DNA of 63,077 bases, counting the filler, from Craspedostauros australis (Eukaryota), in assembly GCA_030167865.1 (NCBI GenBank). It is 7 parts of 7 records of this genome, joined end to end, with 100 filler letters (N's around TTAATTAATTAA, not from the genome) between each part and the next. Parts side by side here need not be neighbours in the genome. Positions count along the whole stretch, not along the records: positions 52,976 to 61,667 come from JALAGF010003068.1; positions 61,768 to 63,077 come from JALAGF010003069.1; 5 more parts are not named here. The stretch is one strand, 5' to 3'. This document shows positions 59,214-63,077 of the stretch, in pieces. Each line of letters starts with the position of its first letter. Within the stretch, counting starts at the first letter, position 1. A program made the translations under genes and the position numbers. Under the pieces are notes generated by a model that saw only the letters and a program-made list of their open reading frames with translations, was not told where the DNA came from and made no database searches.

Positions 59214-61767
59214 ACTCGTTATGGGCTGCTTGTCGTGTGTCTGAATGTGCTCGAGTATGTGCGTTGATGGTTGTGACAGTCGTGATGGTTGTGATGAATG
59301 TGATGGCAGTGTTGACTCTCCTTCCTCCCTTTTGCTTGAAGTCTCTCTTCTCGTTCGCTCTTGTTGTACTGGCACGATGGATGGCGCTATGGTATGTGTC
59401 TATCTTCACCCCAACCCTTGCAAAAAGGGCATCCAAAGTGTTGTATCGTCCAGATAAACTGACCTTGCGACCTTTCCCTGACTGCTCCAATTCGGTTGGC
59501 TGTCACGTGGTCGTCTGGTACGCATCTGTGTTGGCAGTGTTGGTCAAGTACGGTGGCTGGTACGGTGCAGTACAGTACTGCGTATACGAGGTGCGTGCTC
59601 TTATCGTACTTGTACAAGTAACTCGTGCGAGGGTACTCGCGCATGTGGCTCGTGGAGCAGTGTGGTCAGCAACTTCCTTCCCCGATAGTGTCTGCCAACC
59701 AAAAAGACGGCATTTTGCAATCACAATTGCGACAGACACTCGTGCGTATGGCACGGTACGATCTATGTCACTGTTCGCATCGAAGCCTCTTGTTTGTTTC
59801 GCAGGTCACACTGTCTCAATGCAGGATTGTACGTGAATAGCCACCGCTGCTTTTCGTCGTACGTACGTAGAGCAGCTTCCAATCAACCAATCATCACCAC
59901 CCACTTCACCCATGAGTGAATTCGCTGGTCCGAGGCAGTTCTTTCGGTTTCAACCTTACTCGGAGAGAAGAAGTATTGCCATGATGCTCCTCACGAGAGA
60001 TGCGCACCTCCTGGCACCATGCTCTCACAACAGTGCCCGGCTTTCCCAACAACTGTGAGTCTGCAGTGTACGGTACTGCAGCGTACCGCAGGAAGACTCG
60101 CGCACTCGGCCATCGATCTTGCTCTCGACGGGGTTGAAGTCGTCGGCTGAGAGTCAGAGCTGCGTCGTTTCGATCTCTTGTCGCGATTGGTGGGTTGGTG
60201 TGTACAGCCGAATCGACTTCATCATTGCCCAAGATAGCTGGGCCTCGCTTCTCCATTTTGCTGCCACATGCGGCCTTCCGGATCGCATCATCTCATCGTG
60301 GACGCCATGTCAGCAAGGCAGCGCCTGCTGGGGGCACAATCCCAAATCTGTACATCGTTGTGAACGCAGGTATTCGCTTGCGAAAGGCGAGCCATCGCCG
60401 CATGAGCGCAATGCAGGATGTAACATTCTGTGATAGACTGCATCGGTTGCTGGGATTGTGCATCTCATGGCGAGCAATCGAGTTCCCATTCTGAAAGTGC
60501 GCAAGCCATAGCGGTGGCCTGCATCCAATGCCATCCAACGAATTGATCCTGACACACTTCATGACGACTGACGACGGAGGGCCTACTCCAAGGGTTTGCA
60601 ATGTCGGAGAGACGACTGTCTTCGCATGAGACCAAAGGTCTTAGAGATATCAGAGCCACCGAAGTTATCCAAGAAAAGCAATTGGGTCGCAACGTGCCGC
60701 TCTGTCGACGATGCAATCATCATGTGTATTCTTGATTTCACCCAAACTACCTCCTTGACGTTTGCCACGAGTCAACGAAACATGGCTGCCATCGCAATCT
60801 CCAAAACTTCTGCCTTGCGCTCCCTTCTTGGTCCTGCGGGGTTGACACATCCATGCATCTGAAAGCTGTTGCGTGTCGCGATCCACGTTTGCTGGATACT
60901 CCACATCCATCTGCAAAGTATGGCATTCAGAACTGAGTTGAAGACATCGTGGCATCAGTGACCATCATCGATACCATCCAATCGCCGCCTGATCCGAATG
61001 CAGCGTCGCTACTGTGAGTCCATCCATGCAGCTCGATGCGCCGTGCGACATCTTGTTATGAGCTACGCAGCGCGACCATGTGGTAGGTGCTAGAGTGAGT
61101 GTGTTGTTTCATTCGCTTGAAAGCTTGCTCCCACACGAATCATTCGCTCTCCGGTAACAGATGCCGCTTGCTGCATGCTGGTATGCTTGCTCTTTCCTTT
61201 GCAACATTCCATGAACGGTACATGGCCGTGTCACATCTTGGAATGCGCAAGTACGATTCCTCATCGCGATGTCAGAGGTTGCCTCAACGGCTGTATGGCG
61301 TACGCGTCGGCGATGGCGCAGGCTGTGATACTGCTGATGATGGCTGTGGTGGATATGCTTGGCGTCGTGGTAGTGATTGCGTATTCTGCCCACTTACGCA
61401 CAAAGATGAGGAATCCTGCTGGCCAATAATCTCATGCTCACACCCAGTCCATTGGCTGAGCATGAAGAATACCAAAGTGGACGACCAAGGCTGCTCCACA
61501 ATGCGGTCGATCGGTCTCTGCTTGTTGAGCATGGTGGAGATATTGCCGACCGCGTCTCTGTGCGGCTATGCGCCGGATGGATGCGATAGTTGCAACTGCA
61601 GGAACCTCTGTCGTCCATGTGCTGCCGTCCATGTGCTGCCATCCACTGCCGTCAGCAGCACGAAGTTNNNNNNNNNNNNNNNNNNNNNNNNNNNNNNNNN
61701 NNNNNNNNNNNTTAATTAATTAANNNNNNNNNNNNNNNNNNNNNNNNNNNNNNNNNNNNNNNNNNNN

Positions 61768-63075
61768 AACGCAGTTGGTTGGTGCAGCACTGGCTGTTGG
61801 CTGGGATGTTGGCTGTGGAGTTGGTCCGCTGGTTGGTCCAGAAGTAGGTCCAGACGTTGGTCCGCTGGTTGGTCCAGACGTTGGTCCAAACGTTGGTCCA
61901 GATGTTGGTCCAGAGGTTGGTCTGCTGGTTGGGCCGGAAGTAGGTCCCGAAGTTGGTCCAGAGGTAGGTCCGGATGTTGGTCCGGATGTTGGTCCGCTGG
62001 TTGGCCCAGAGGTTGGTCCAGAGGTTGGTCCTGAAGTTGGTCCTGAAGTTGGTCCTGAAGTTGGTCCACTGGTTGGGCCGGAAGTTGGTCCCGAAGTTGG
62101 GCCTGAAGTTGGTCCGCTAGTTGGTCCAGATGTTGGTCCGCTGGTTGGGCCGCTTGTTGGTCCAGAGGTTGGTCCACTGGTTGGCCCAGACGTTGGCCCA
62201 GAAGTTGGTCCAGAGGTTGGTCCGGAAGTTGGGCCACTGGTTGGGCCACTGGTTGGGCCGCTGGTAGGTCCAGATGTTGGGCCCGAAGTAGGTCCGCTGG
62301 TTGGTCCGCTGGTTGGTCCGGAAGTCGGCCCGCTAGTTGGTCCAGAGGTGGGGCCGGATGTTGGTCCGCTGGTTGGGCCGCTGGTTGGGCCGCTGGTTGG
62401 TTCCGACGTTGGTCCACTGGTTGGTCCACTGGTTGGTCCACTGGTTGGTCCAGAGGTTGGTCCAGAAGTTGGGCCGCTAGTTGGTCCAGATGTTGGTCCG
62501 CTGGTTGGTCCGCTTGTTGGTCCGGAAGTCGGCCCGCTAGTTGGTCCAGAGGTTGGTCCGGAAGTTGGTCCGGAAGTTGGGCCACTGGTTGGTCCAGACG
62601 TTGGTCCTGAAGTTGGTCCTGATGTTGGTCCGCTGGTTGGGCCGAAAGTAGGTCCCGAAGTTGGTCCCGAAGTTGGTCCGCTGGTTGGGCCGGATGTTGG
62701 GCCGCTGGTTGGTCCGCTGGTTGGTCCACTGGTTGGGCCAGATGTTGGTCCGGAAGTGGGTCCCGAAGTTGGGCCGGATGTTGGTCCACTGGTTGGTCCA
62801 GAGGTTGGTCCAGATGTTGGTCCAGATGTGGGTCCGCTGGTTGGGCCGCTTGTTGGTCCAGAGGTTGGTCCAGAAGTAGGTCCTGAGGTTGGGCCGCTAG
62901 TTGGTCCCGAAGTAGGTCCGCTAGTTGGGCCGCTAGTTGGTCCAGAAGTAGGTCCAGAGGTTGGTCCGCTGGTTGGCGCCGAAGTTGGGGCTGCAGTTGG
63001 CTCGATACACTCGGTGTTGCATGGAACATCGAAGTAGTACGCAGCAAAGCTGTCTGGATTGCCTGAGCCACCTTC
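61768..63075 (-). CDS. Partial mucin-like protein with ~100 PTSG tetrapeptide repeats
   Basis: A minus-strand frame absent from the ORF track reads ...EGGSGNPDSFAAYYFDVPCNTECIEPTAAPTSAP(TSGP)n...; variation between the 12-nt units is synonymous in this frame. Open at the window end and at the gap. Confidence 0.85.
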
Positions 63076-63077
63076 GC

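Noticed and set aside
59900..61667. Short ORFs, possible decayed gene
   Set aside because: No motif or consistent frame recognisable
61716..63071. ORF-track proteins (VGPE)n on + and (DQPL)n on -
   Set aside because: Shadow frames of the PTSG repeat; only the PTSG frame has synonymous variation and a non-repetitive domain

Overview
Eukaryotic, intron-poor genomic scaffold of about 52-55% GC. It is most likely a pennate diatom or other stramenopile, inferred from bipartite-type signal peptides, PSxxPS/PTSG mucin-like secreted proteins and Copia-type LTR debris. Several contigs are joined by artificial N-TTAATTAATTAA-N linkers. Ordinary genes include a CDP-diacylglycerol synthase, a DEAH helicase with a 14-nt micro-exon, a Upf1-like SF1 helicase, a RING protein, two tandem D-cysteine desulfhydrases and two secreted repeat proteins. 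The most striking element is an ankyrin-repeat + BTB/BACK (SPOP-like) gene family present as two intact copies (10 versus 3 repeats) and two internally deleted pseudogenes. These sit inside a ~5-kb block duplicated in inverted orientation (6.9-12.1 kb and 38.0-43.2 kb). The 102-bp ankyrin units are nearly identical in framework codons but hypervariable at the target-contacting residues, like a natural DARPin library fused to a putative Cullin-3 adaptor. The window also holds a Crinkler-like P-loop ORF with a decayed inverted paralog fragment, a solo LTR with a perfect 5-bp TSD, nested LTR fragments, and clear CpG-deamination scars. All domain calls are by eye from motifs; no searches were run.
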